Shown: positions 1 through 9,440, numbered from the stretch's first letter. The stretch is DNA of 18,283 nucleotides from Promethearchaeota archaeon (GCA_048941015.1 JBHLNZ010000035.1:1-18283), one strand, 5' to 3'. A program made the numbers and translations. Notes: generated by a model from the letters alone, not told the origin.

Positions 1-2
1 AA

Positions 3-626
3 CTAGAACTCAACTTTATCATCAATTTTTACGATTCGTCCGTGAGTATTAACATTATTATCACATATTAATTCAATTGCTTTTGGATAAGCTTTTTTCT
101 CCCATTCCATAATCCTTATTGCTAGCATTTTTTCACTATCATTATCATACACCGGAACAGATTTTTGAATTATTATAGGGCCATGATCAGTTTTAACATC
201 TACAAAATGTATTGTACAACCAGTAATTTTTACTCCGTAATCTAAAGCATCTCTTACAGCATGTAATCCTTTAAAAGACGGTAATAAAGAGGGATGTGTA
301 TTTAATACAAGTCCTTTAAACTTATCAATAAAAGGTTCGGAGACTAAACGAGTATATCCAGCTAAAGCAATTAAATTACATTGATATTTTGATAATATTT
401 CAATTAATTTCTGATCAAATTCTTCTCTAGTTCCTTTAAAATTATCTGATTCAACGATGTGGTAGGGAATACCTAACCGTTTTGCTCTTTCAATACAAAA
501 AGCTCCAGCTTTATTACAAATTAGAACTACTACTACTGCCTTATCTTTTAAAATACCATTTATTGTCGATTGGACTATTGCTTCAAAATTAGTTCCTCCT
601 CTAGAAGCAATAATTCCAATTTTCAT
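3..626 (-). CDS. purN: Phosphoribosylglycinamide (GAR) formyltransferase
   Basis: 207 aa. N-terminal IASRGGTNFEAI phosphate loop, LIALAGYTRLV, catalytic NTHPSLLPSFKG, GCTIHFV and DHGPII motifs. Complete ORF ending in TAG at 3-5. Confidence 0.96.
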   Translation of the reverse strand: MKIGIIASRGGTNFEAIVQSTINGILKDKAVVVVLICNKAGAFCIERAKRLGIPYHIVESDNFKGTREEFDQKLIEILSKYQCNLIALAGYTRLVSEPFIDKFKGLVLNTHPSLLPSFKGLHAVRDALDYGVKITGCTIHFVDVKTDHGPIIIQKSVPVYDNDSEKMLAIRIMEWEKKAYPKAIELICDNNVNTHGRIVKIDDKVEF

Positions 627-1089
627 TATTTCTCATCTCTAGGGTAGTTCTTTTTGGTTTTTTTTTTAAAATTAATTATAATAAGTTTAAAATTAATGAT
701 TATTTACCATATTCTTCTTAACTTAATTCATTAAGATAAATATAAATGATTTATATATATTTAAAAATAATGCACTTAAGGGATTATTTATAAATAATTA
801 TTCAAAAGCATTATTCACGAGACTATTCAAAATTGTTTTGATGAATCCGGTTTTGGATACGCGATATTAGAGGATTGATCGTTTTCACGAAAAAGCTCTA
901 AATAGTTTCCAAAATGGTATTGTAAAAATTATATATTGTTGAATTTATAAAGGAGTTTTATTTTAAATAATATTAAATCCACATAGATTATTATAAAACT
1001 TATATTTAAAACTGAAAACTGCTCAAGAATAAAGTTTATGTAATTATTTCCGACGATCCAAGCATATTTAGGTTCTCTAAATTATTTCA

Positions 1090-2265
1090 TTATTTATGCA
1101 AAAATTCAAATAAACTTCTAATTGAAGATATCGCTGATTTTACAGAGGATAAATTATTCAAACTTACTTTATTATGTTCGGACATGGTTGGGATTAATTT
1201 TATTTCGTTTAACATTAACATTTCTAATTCTTGAGTTGAGAAAACATTTACACCTCTTTGTATGAGATGAAAATATCCTGATGTCTTTTTCATGCATATT
1301 GGTTTTCCCATATATATTAAAAGAATTATAGTTCCCATTCCTTGTTGCCGATTGTGATACATAATTGCGAGATCAATCTGTTTTAAGATGCCAAAATACT
1401 GATCTGGGTTATAAAAATCGAGAAGGGGAACAAATCGATTTCCAAAAAGCTTCTCACCTTTTTCTACTATTTTTTTAATGTAATTCTTTGGTCCATAGGA
1501 AAGGGGGCAAATTATTTTAAAATTTTGTTTTTTTAAGTTAAACAAGCGGATCATTATGTCGAGATGATTATTTGTTGGATGTCCGGAATTACCTAGTAAA
1601 AATAATTTTTCTCCTTTTTTTTTAAAAATTAAATTCTTATTAAGAGAGATTTTTTCTCCATCTATCTTTTCAAAATCCACTGGATTTGGATATATAAAAG
1701 CAGAATACCATTCTGCTTTAGTTTTGAAGTATTTCTTTAATAATCTAAAATCCCCTTTAAATGGAGAAATAATATAATCAATTCTTTTTATGATTTTTTT
1801 TCTTAACTCATAGGAAAGATAATAAGAGAATCTTTTAAATATCGATTTCTTTCTGTTCTCTAATTTAATCAATAATTCTAATGTATGATTATCATATAAC
1901 TTTAAAGGAAGATATGAATATAAATCAGCACCCCAAATTATCCATAATATTTTTGCTTTTCCTCTAAAACCAAACAAAATTCCAGAGACTTCTTCTTTTA
2001 AATAATGAATAAAAATATTTTCTGCTTGTTTCATTAATTTCCTTATTGTTGCATATCTAATCGTAAAAAATTTAGTCAGAAAATTGCCCTTAAAATTAAA
2101 AATTTTAACATTACGAAATTTTTCGGGATCTATATGTATCTTTTTGTTCTTTTTCTTGATTATTATGAAAAGATGTTCTTCAATATTAAAGTGAGAATGA
2201 ATTAATTCAATAAATCCTTTTGAATAAAAATAAGACGAGTCCGTTATAAAATGCAGGTATTTCAT
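1090..2265 (-). CDS. WecF/RffT-like TDP-N-acetylfucosamine:lipid II N-acetylfucosaminyltransferase family (GT56) glycosyltransferase
   Basis: 391 aa. Family-typical motifs WIIWGADLY, LLGNSGHPTNNH, IICPLSYG and HNRQQGMGTI. Donor sugar cannot be confirmed from sequence. Confidence 0.85.
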   Translation of the reverse strand: MKYLHFITDSSYFYSKGFIELIHSHFNIEEHLFIIIKKKNKKIHIDPEKFRNVKIFNFKGNFLTKFFTIRYATIRKLMKQAENIFIHYLKEEVSGILFGFRGKAKILWIIWGADLYSYLPLKLYDNHTLELLIKLENRKKSIFKRFSYYLSYELRKKIIKRIDYIISPFKGDFRLLKKYFKTKAEWYSAFIYPNPVDFEKIDGEKISLNKNLIFKKKGEKLFLLGNSGHPTNNHLDIMIRLFNLKKQNFKIICPLSYGPKNYIKKIVEKGEKLFGNRFVPLLDFYNPDQYFGILKQIDLAIMYHNRQQGMGTIILLIYMGKPICMKKTSGYFHLIQRGVNVFSTQELEMLMLNEIKLIPTMSEHNKVSLNNLSSVKSAISSIRSLFEFLHK

Positions 2266-2472
2266 ATTCTTGAATTAATTTCTCTGAATATAATGATAAA
2301 ATTAAGTAGTTTCCTACTTAAAAATTGTGATATTATTAATAAATTATTTCTTATATTACTTAACCTTTTTTTAAATCTTTCTGAATAACCAAAATGAAAA
2401 AGTTCAAATTATTAAGTCGTCTACAACTATTTTAAATATTTCTTTAGAATATCTTTCAAAGAGTATGATTTT

Positions 2473-3972
2473 ATGAATGATGATGAAACATTCTTTGATG
2501 AAAATAAGGTTATCGATTATAGTAGCATAGATCGAAAAGCTGATGCAGGATTAAGATGGAATTCAATCTCGCTAGTATATTCAACGATAACTAAAATATT
2601 AATGATGATAATTCTTGCCCGATTATTCACACCAGGAGAATATGGTGTGATGGGGTTAATTTTAATCATCATTGGATTTGGTATGTTGTTTTCGGATATT
2701 GGTGTTTCTGGGGCGGTTGTACATTATCAGAAGGTGTCTCAACAGCAATTATCTACATTATACTGGTTATCTTTTATAATAGGATTTTCAATATTTTTAA
2801 TTCTAATTTTAATAGCACCGTTAATATCCATGTTTTATAGTGAACCCGATTTAACACTTCTCATTAGAATTACTGCAATAATATTTCTTATCACGCCTCT
2901 GGGGCAACAGTTTGAGATTTTATTTAGGAAAGAGCTTAAATTTAGATCTCTTTCATATCTTGAGATTTTTGATGCAACTATTTTACTTTTTGTTTCCACA
3001 ATATTAGCATTTTATAATTGGGGGGTTATTTCGGTCTTAATCGCCTATTTATGCAAGAGTTTTCTAAAATCTTCCATAATATTCTTTATTGGATTAAAAA
3101 TCTGGAAGCCAACATTTGAAATGAAGTTTTCTGAAATTAGCAAATTTCTATCATTTGGAATGTATCAAATGGGTGAGAGATCCCTAAACTATTTTAACTC
3201 AAATATAGATAAAATTTTAATCGGGAAATTCTTGGGAACAATTTCATTAGGTTATTATAATATAGCTTATAGTCTTATCTTATACCCGATTACTTTAATT
3301 AATCCTATTTTTACCCGCGTTTCATTTCCATATTTTTCTAAGATACAAAATAATATAAAAATTTTAAAAGAAAAGTATTTCGATCTCATAAACATCGTTA
3401 GCTTCATTAACTTTCCAATATATCTTTTATTAATAGTTATTGCACCCTATTTTGTACCTTTATTATATGGCCCGCAATGGTATCCTTCGATAATCTTAGT
3501 TCAGATTCTTTCAGTTGTGGGGATATTTAGATGTATTGGTAATCCAATCGGTTCGCTTTTACTTGCTAAAGGATATGCAAGACTAGGATTTTTATGGAAT
3601 GCTTTTGTAACAATGATATTTCCTTTTTTAGTATTACTCGGGATTTTTTTTGGGGGAATTAATGAAGTAGCTCTTTTTATAATTCTTTCTAACTTAATCT
3701 TTTTCTACTTTAATTACCGTTATCTAATAAGGAAAATATTAAATCCTTGTTTTAAGGAATTTCTAAAATCTTTTGGAATAAATCTAATATTTAGTGTTTT
3801 AGCATCATTAGTCAGTTTATTAGGAGGATTTTTCTTTCAAACACCAATAATATTTTATCAATTATTATATCATATTTTAATAGGTGGTATTTGTTACATA
3901 TGTCTGATATTTATCTTTAAGAGACAATTTCTAATGAATTTTATTAAACGATTTTTAAAAAAAAACCATTAA
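2473..3972 (+). CDS. wzx: Wzx/MOP-superfamily oligosaccharide flippase (WzxC-like)
   Basis: 499 aa with many hydrophobic helices. Motifs LARLFTPGEYG, PLGQQF..FRKELKF, LGYYNIAY, INPIFTRVSFPYFSKIQ and GNPIGSLLLAKG match the colanic-acid flippase WzxC as I recall it. Confidence 0.92.
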   Translation: MNDDETFFDENKVIDYSSIDRKADAGLRWNSISLVYSTITKILMMIILARLFTPGEYGVMGLILIIIGFGMLFSDIGVSGAVVHYQKVSQQQLSTLYWLSFIIGFSIFLILILIAPLISMFYSEPDLTLLIRITAIIFLITPLGQQFEILFRKELKFRSLSYLEIFDATILLFVSTILAFYNWGVISVLIAYLCKSFLKSSIIFFIGLKIWKPTFEMKFSEISKFLSFGMYQMGERSLNYFNSNIDKILIGKFLGTISLGYYNIAYSLILYPITLINPIFTRVSFPYFSKIQNNIKILKEKYFDLINIVSFINFPIYLLLIVIAPYFVPLLYGPQWYPSIILVQILSVVGIFRCIGNPIGSLLLAKGYARLGFLWNAFVTMIFPFLVLLGIFFGGINEVALFIILSNLIFFYFNYRYLIRKILNPCFKEFLKSFGINLIFSVLASLVSLLGGFFFQTPIIFYQLLYHILIGGICYICLIFIFKRQFLMNFIKRFLKKNH

Positions 3973-3996
3973 ATGCCTTAACTTAAGTTAGAATCT

Positions 3997-4010
3997 ATTT
4001 TATTTTTTTT
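3997..4010 (+). terminator. Putative oligo-T terminator downstream of wzx
   Basis: T-rich run about 25 nt after the wzx stop, in the convergent wzx/GT2 spacer. Weak signal in AT-rich DNA. Confidence 0.3.
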
Positions 4011-4118
4011 AAAATTGATTTGAGTCTTATAACTTTCCAAAATTAATATAAACTCTTAAAAGGTAAAAACCAAACTTATTTTTTATATTATTTAATCGAA
4101 TCGCAATTAATTTTAATT

Positions 4119-5105
4119 TTATCTACTAAAGGCTTTAAATAGTTTACTAAAATTGTTTCTTTTCAAAATCTTCATTATCTTTTCAAGTAAAATGTCTTTG
4201 ATTGTAATTATTGAATCAATTAGAGCAATACCCAGTTTAACATAATCTATTAATGAAATTCTTGAATAATTCTTAGACTTTTTAAAGTATATTACTGCTC
4301 GTTTAATATTTTTATTTCTAAGAAACGATCTTGTAATCTCTAGATAGTGTCTTTTATATATTTCTTTCTGTAAGTTTATTGGCAAATTCTTAATATCTTT
4401 TTCATATTTTTTTAAAAATTTTTCTTTTGTTACAATTAAATTTTCAGAATTAGTGATAACCACGTTATCATCAATATTTATTTTAACTAGATTCTGATTT
4501 ACATAAGCAATTTTGTATTTTTTAAAAAACCGCATTAATAATTCCCAATCTTGATGTCGCAAGAATGTGATATCAAACCCATTAAGTTCATTTAAGATTG
4601 CTCTTCTTATTAACAAAGTAGAACCTGCAGCAATAGGGTTTTCCATTAATAAAAGTTTAATTTTTAAGTTTCCATGGCTCAAGTTTAAATAGGTGGAATT
4701 CAATTTGTTATTTCTATATTTTGAATATCCGCAGTATACTGCTCCCCAAGAATTATCAAGTTTTTCTAGTAAATTTATTTGTAATTCCAGTTTTTTTTCT
4801 AAAAATTCATCATCGTCATCTAAAAAAGCAATGTATTTTGAGGACGAATATGAAATCCCTGTATTTCGTGCTACTGCAGCGTTTAAATTTGTTTTATGTT
4901 TTAAATATATTATTTTATTATTATTCCGATACTTACTCATCAATTTTTCATTAAGTTTTCTGTACTTACTTTTCTCATCATTATCATCGACCACGATTAT
5001 TTCAAGATTATCCATGGTCTGATTTAGTACAGATTTAATGGCTCTTTCTAATGTAGTATTTCTTTTGTATGTAGGGATAATTACACTAACAATAGTTTTA
5101 CTCAC
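4119..5105 (-). CDS. GT2 family glycosyltransferase (GT-A fold)
   Basis: 328 aa. VSVIIPTY, EIIVVDD, ARNTG, YIAFLDDDD (DxD) and QDWEL motifs. GTG start preceded by GGAGGA on the minus strand. Confidence 0.93.
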   Translation of the reverse strand: MSKTIVSVIIPTYKRNTTLERAIKSVLNQTMDNLEIIVVDDNDEKSKYRKLNEKLMSKYRNNNKIIYLKHKTNLNAAVARNTGISYSSSKYIAFLDDDDEFLEKKLELQINLLEKLDNSWGAVYCGYSKYRNNKLNSTYLNLSHGNLKIKLLLMENPIAAGSTLLIRRAILNELNGFDITFLRHQDWELLMRFFKKYKIAYVNQNLVKINIDDNVVITNSENLIVTKEKFLKKYEKDIKNLPINLQKEIYKRHYLEITRSFLRNKNIKRAVIYFKKSKNYSRISLIDYVKLGIALIDSIITIKDILLEKIMKILKRNNFSKLFKAFSR

Positions 5106-5111
5106 GCTAAA

Positions 5112-5117
5112 TCCTCC
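5112..5117 (-). promoter_or_regulatory. Shine-Dalgarno-like site for the GT2 gene
   Basis: Minus strand reads GC-GGAGGA-TTTAGC-GTG, 6 nt before the GTG start at 5105. Confidence 0.55.
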
Positions 5118-5335
5118 GCTATATACAAATAAACTAATAAAACTTTTTAATTTTTTGAATACAAAAGCCTAGATTATGGCAGGATTTTTTTTTTATATTA
5201 TCTAAAACATTAATATAATCTTAGATAAAGATAAACATATTATCTAATTTATTTTTTAGTAATTGTTCCTCAGTACTGCTCATAGAATTCTTAGTCTGCT
5301 TGTATCTTATAAACAAAAAATTTTAAATATCAGTT

Positions 5336-6013
5336 TTATTTAATGTTCATAAAATTAATGCTTTTTCTATTCCGATATAACCATGTCTTTTTTTTTATTA
5401 ATATCAACTTTTCTAAAATACCACCTAGCACAGTTCTTTTTAAAACTAGTATCTTTTTATATCCTAAAATAGATAAAATGGCAACTCGATGATGACCATC
5501 TAATAAATAGATCACCCCGTTTTTATTTACAACCCTCACTGGATCTATGGATGGTTCGAAACTATATTTTTTAATTGATTCAACTAAATTGAAATAATAG
5601 GAAATTCTCTGTCGAATAGCTTGTTTAATTAGATCTTCATTTTTTAGTATTGTATTCTGATTTATAAATAAATTCTTTTCCTTGAATAATTTTTCAACTG
5701 CTATATATAGAGGACCTTTAAACCATCCACCCTTTACTTTAGGAATTTTCCAAGCATTTTTATGCAAGAAAGTATTGTAGAACCAATTATAAAATAAAAT
5801 ATTTGCTTTTTCTGGCTGTTTAAGGTATACTTTAAAAAATTCATAAGGTGGAAAGTAACTGATATCTTTACCGCCAAAACCCAGCAAATCTGAAAATTCG
5901 ATATCTTTTTGGCAATTGATTTTGTTAATTTCAACCATCTTAGGTGTAAAGGCTAAGGAAACATAGAGTTTGTTAATAAAACTCTTGATTAAATGGTTTA
6001 ATTGAGTTTTCAT
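5336..6013 (-). CDS. ParB/Sulfiredoxin-fold protein with no HTH domain and an uncharacterised N-terminal region
   Basis: 225 aa. C-terminal half has LVESIKKYSFEPSIDPVRVV...IYLLDGHHRVAILSILG, the GxxRxxA nucleotide-binding signature of the ParB/Srx fold. Start overlaps the upstream stop (ATGA at 6010-6013). Confidence 0.8.
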   Translation of the reverse strand: MKTQLNHLIKSFINKLYVSLAFTPKMVEINKINCQKDIEFSDLLGFGGKDISYFPPYEFFKVYLKQPEKANILFYNWFYNTFLHKNAWKIPKVKGGWFKGPLYIAVEKLFKEKNLFINQNTILKNEDLIKQAIRQRISYYFNLVESIKKYSFEPSIDPVRVVNKNGVIYLLDGHHRVAILSILGYKKILVLKRTVLGGILEKLILIKKKTWLYRNRKSINFMNIK

Positions 6014-6678
6014 GTTTTAACATCACATCTAAGCATAGTATATCTTGAAGATTTACCCAATACAATGATTTTAAATTTTTCTCCTAGTAAAGTTTTAATG
6101 AACTGCATATTTGGCATAAGACTCCACCTATGGCCTCTAATCTTTCTTAAATAACACTTCCCCGTGATTCTTCTTAATTTAAAATTCTTTGTAATTGTCC
6201 AAAAAATGTTTGGGAAAGGTGAGATAGCCATTTCAAGAAATAAAGTTTCTTTTGTCACTTTCTTTAACGATAAAAGTGAGGAGATTAAATCAGGTACTTC
6301 AGTGACAACTGAAAAACAAAATACAATATCAAATTGCCCTAATTCACAAATTTTTAATATATCTAATTTCTTAAAATCTATTTTTAAATCTTTTATCTCA
6401 GACAAGATTCTAGCCTGATATAGTCTATCCTCTCTAATATCAATACCTGTTACTTCTAAAGCCCCATGTTTTTTAGCTTCAAAACAATGCAATCCTGAAT
6501 TACAACCTACATCTAATACTGACTTACCGCTAAGATCACCAAGATCCAATAACTTTAACCTTAAAGCAGCATCAAAATTACCAGAAGTCACTATATCATC
6601 AATAATGTGAATGGATTGATACCATTTTTGAGAAAAAGCCCATTCCTTAATTTTTTCTTTTGTCCATTTAGTTGTCAT
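6010..6678 (-). CDS. Class I SAM-dependent methyltransferase (CmoB-like / WbdD-methyltransferase-like subgroup)
   Basis: Motif I SVLDVGCNSG, motif II VTGID, and GQFDIVFCFSV. N-terminal WYQSI. The ATG at 6678 (MTTKW, with GAGGA upstream) is preferred to the TTG at 6696 in the ORF track. Confidence 0.88.
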   Translation of the reverse strand: MTTKWTKEKIKEWAFSQKWYQSIHIIDDIVTSGNFDAALRLKLLDLGDLSGKSVLDVGCNSGLHCFEAKKHGALEVTGIDIREDRLYQARILSEIKDLKIDFKKLDILKICELGQFDIVFCFSVVTEVPDLISSLLSLKKVTKETLFLEMAISPFPNIFWTITKNFKLRRITGKCYLRKIRGHRWSLMPNMQFIKTLLGEKFKIIVLGKSSRYTMLRCDVKT

Positions 6679-6829
6679 AGTTAAGATTATCCTCAATAAT
6701 TTTTAAAACAAAACTTGAACTAGAGACTCATATTCTATAATAGTAATGTTTTTTAAAAAAGATAACTAAAGTAGAGGGAGCTCGCTCATCGTAACTAAAA
6801 GAAAAAAAGATCTAGATTATAATTGTAGT

Positions 6830-8803
6830 TTATAATATCTTCCATACTAACAAATGCTGAGTTGAAAAAACGGGTTCTAATTCTGATTGGAACAATGATT
6901 GGATTAAAAGCCATTCATTACTATAATGTGGCAAATTTTCCTTTGACGAAACAATGTACTGCACATTATATTCAGATCGCACTAGATCACGATCTCTTTC
7001 AATTGTCATATTTAAGGGGATTATTTGTCTTCTTATAAGCTCTAAAGGAGATGTTTGAAAATAATAATCAACATATTCAGGGCGATATATAAAAAATCGT
7101 TGCTTAAGGATGTCGGAAAATACGAGTGAAAAGTATGTACCTTCAATAACTTCTTTTGGATTTAATAGATAATACCATAAAGCTTTGCCAATCTGTGAAC
7201 GCGCGTAAAAGGTTGGTAATAATGATATGCTAGATATTCTTTCTGCTATATATACATCAGTAACAAAGATCAATCCATCTATTTCTTCATTTTGAAAATA
7301 ATATATAATTCCGATTTCTTCGTCAGTTAAATATCTATTTTCCCATGGATAGGGGCTGCTCCTGAGACCAGCCCTATTAGTCTCTATAGTTGTTATTGAA
7401 AATATTAAAATCGAAATTGTCAATATAAGAATCCAGATCCCCTTTTTCATCTTAAGAGAATCAAGAGAAATTTTTGAAAAATTTAGAGTTCTATACTTTT
7501 TTGTTATGAAAACAAACAGAAATAAGATTAAAGAAATAAATGACAATACATAGACAAACCAAAGATCAATTTTAGTAGAAACTTCGACTTTTATAAAGGA
7601 ATACCCTATTGAAATAAATAAGAGAATAACAAGCAAAAGCCAACTTAATGTTTCAGAATAGGTTGAAATAAACTTTTTAATAAAAATTATTCCGTATACC
7701 GAGAAAATAATTAGAATTGGGAAAAAGATTACTATAGAATAAAAGGTATAAGGGAGCAGAAATGAAAAAGGAATAATAAAAAGGATTAAATAGTACTTTT
7801 GAAGAAATTGCCGATTGTAATTATGTTGAGCATTCTTTTTATCATAATGTTTTAATAATGTAGCTAGTTCATATAGCGTTATTATTACCCCTACTGGGAA
7901 AAAAATAGAAATTACTCCTAAATTCCATACATAAAACCAGCTAAGTGATATACCCATCCCGAACAATGTATTCTCATCAAAAAAAGGGGAAAATGTTTGG
8001 TCTTCATCGAGACTCGACAAGAAATCAAAACCAACTGTATTTAATAATTCTAATCCAATAAAAAACGCAATAATACTTAGCAGAAGAATTAAAAATGCAG
8101 TTAATTTGTACAGTAAATTTTTATATTTTCGAATAAATTTGTACTGTAAATTTTTAATTTTTCGGGTTAAAGCTGTAAATATCATAATTACTATTGGTAT
8201 AAATGTAGCTACCCAAAGTTTGTGCGCTAGGGCACCAATAATGAGGAGTAAAAACATAAAAGCTATGGCTTTAAATGCTTTAATCGAATTAGTTATTATT
8301 TTTATATTTAAATTCAAAGCATATATCATGAAAATTGTAATAATAACTCTGGTACTAACGGTCATAACAACATTACTAAGCATATACTGAGAAAGGATAA
8401 TAGCCGCTACAAATATAAATCGGCTCCATTCTTCTTTAAATAGTATATTTCCCAGATTGCGAGAGCTTTTATAAATGATTAAAATGAGAATAATATTGAA
8501 GGTTAATATCGCTTCAGCTATACCAAAGATGCCAAAAGAAACAAATTCTAGAAAACTCATTATAAAAGCAAGAATTAAAGGAACTCCTATAGCACGATGA
8601 GAAAAAGGATAATACCCAAAATAGGAAGCGGGATGGATTAACCATGTATTATTAGAAAATAATGCTCCGTCTCTAAGAGCATTTGCCATCCACATCACTT
8701 GAAATGCATCTACTCCAAAGATGCGTGGATATTGGGTTAATGGAAAAATGATAGCTATTAAAACAAGGCTGAAATAATAGACACGGGTTGTTTTAGATTT
8801 CAT
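6830..8803 (-). CDS. Large multi-pass membrane protein, probable GT-C-fold glycosyltransferase
   Basis: About 12-13 hydrophobic segments, a GVD acidic motif in the loop after TM1 (PRIFGVDAF), and a soluble C-terminal domain ending YNVQYIV...VFSTQHLLVWKI. This is the architecture of archaeal GT-C-like proteins. ATG at 8803 is preferred, with an alternative TTG at 8818. Confidence 0.6.
   Translation of the reverse strand: MKSKTTRVYYFSLVLIAIIFPLTQYPRIFGVDAFQVMWMANALRDGALFSNNTWLIHPASYFGYYPFSHRAIGVPLILAFIMSFLEFVSFGIFGIAEAILTFNIILILIIYKSSRNLGNILFKEEWSRFIFVAAIILSQYMLSNVVMTVSTRVIITIFMIYALNLNIKIITNSIKAFKAIAFMFLLLIIGALAHKLWVATFIPIVIMIFTALTRKIKNLQYKFIRKYKNLLYKLTAFLILLLSIIAFFIGLELLNTVGFDFLSSLDEDQTFSPFFDENTLFGMGISLSWFYVWNLGVISIFFPVGVIITLYELATLLKHYDKKNAQHNYNRQFLQKYYLILFIIPFSFLLPYTFYSIVIFFPILIIFSVYGIIFIKKFISTYSETLSWLLLVILLFISIGYSFIKVEVSTKIDLWFVYVLSFISLILFLFVFITKKYRTLNFSKISLDSLKMKKGIWILILTISILIFSITTIETNRAGLRSSPYPWENRYLTDEEIGIIYYFQNEEIDGLIFVTDVYIAERISSISLLPTFYARSQIGKALWYYLLNPKEVIEGTYFSLVFSDILKQRFFIYRPEYVDYYFQTSPLELIRRQIIPLNMTIERDRDLVRSEYNVQYIVSSKENLPHYSNEWLLIQSLFQSELEPVFSTQHLLVWKIL
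8103..8164. repeat. In-frame tandem duplication with 33-bp period
   Basis: 8103-8131 aatttgtacagtaaatttttatattttcg vs 8136-8164 aatttgtactgtaaatttttaatttttcg (26/29 identical). Encodes RKIKNLQYKFI / RKYKNLLYKLT. Confidence 0.85.
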
Positions 8804-8995
8804 AAAATTAATGATCAACTAATCTTATACAATTAGTTATTATTATTATTTATTTTAAATTTAACCTAACCTAATATCTCAATTTTCGCAAATTTGCAAT
8901 CTTGTTGTTTAATAGATAATTAAGATGGTTTATTGATTGAACAGATTGTAATATATTCTATTTTAACAACCTTTTGACAAACTAACTTCTTAGAT

Positions 8996-9440
8996 TTATT
9001 TTTTTGTGCATTTGTGTACGATTTTTTCCTGGGCTTTTATTCTGTTCCAAGTAGAATATTTTAGTGCAGTTTCTCTACCGTTCATAGCAGTTTTAACTAA
9101 TATATCTTTGTTTTCAAGGAGTTTAATTATTAATAGGATTGATTCCGAATAATTATCAAGACTAAATAAAAACCCATTTATATATTATTTAATATAATTT
9201 GAAATATCAGCAGAAATTGAACAGATTCAGATAATATTACTCCTATTATCGTTGCGGTTAAACCTTCATTTTTAGATGTCAACAAGAAAATCTTTGATTA
9301 ATTGTAATACTTATTTAATTTATTGTTGGGAATTTTTCTTAAATATTTAATAACATTATAAAGATTCCTTTTTTCACCTTTTTTTTGAGAAAGGTTTTCA
9401 TTGGACCATCTCCCTAATAAAAACGCAATTAAGCTTCTTA
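8996..9440 (-). pseudogene. Degraded C-terminal remnant of a GT4 glycosyltransferase
   Basis: Manual translation across frameshifts and stops gives KLNCVFI/GDGPMKTFLKKKVKK/NLYNVIKYLRKIPNNKLNKYYN*SKIFLLTSKNEGLTATII...NGFLFSLDN...KLLENKDILVKTAMNGRETALKYSTWNRIK..K*. These are the GT4 motifs GDGP, S-x-x-EGL and NGFL in the correct order. The N-terminal domain is absent. Confidence 0.85.

Noticed and set aside
780-930. Slightly GC-richer patch in the purN-wecF spacer as a possible gene remnant, plus the AT-only palindrome attatttataaataat (783-798)
   Set aside because: The frames I translated are short and stop-interrupted with no convincing family motif. AT-only palindromes are expected at this composition. 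A blastx would settle it.
4693-5022. Plus-strand ORFs 4693-5022 and 4721-4954
   Set aside because: Antisense shadows of the well-supported GT2 gene, with no recognisable motifs.
5734-6418. ORFs 5734-5934 (-) and 6164-6418 (+)
   Set aside because: Alternative-frame or antisense ORFs nested within the ParB-like and methyltransferase genes.
5336-6787. ParABS partition system, with the imperfect palindrome gagggagctcgctc (6774-6787) as parS
   Set aside because: The protein lacks an HTH, no ParA is present, and the palindrome is single-copy and unlike the parS consensus.
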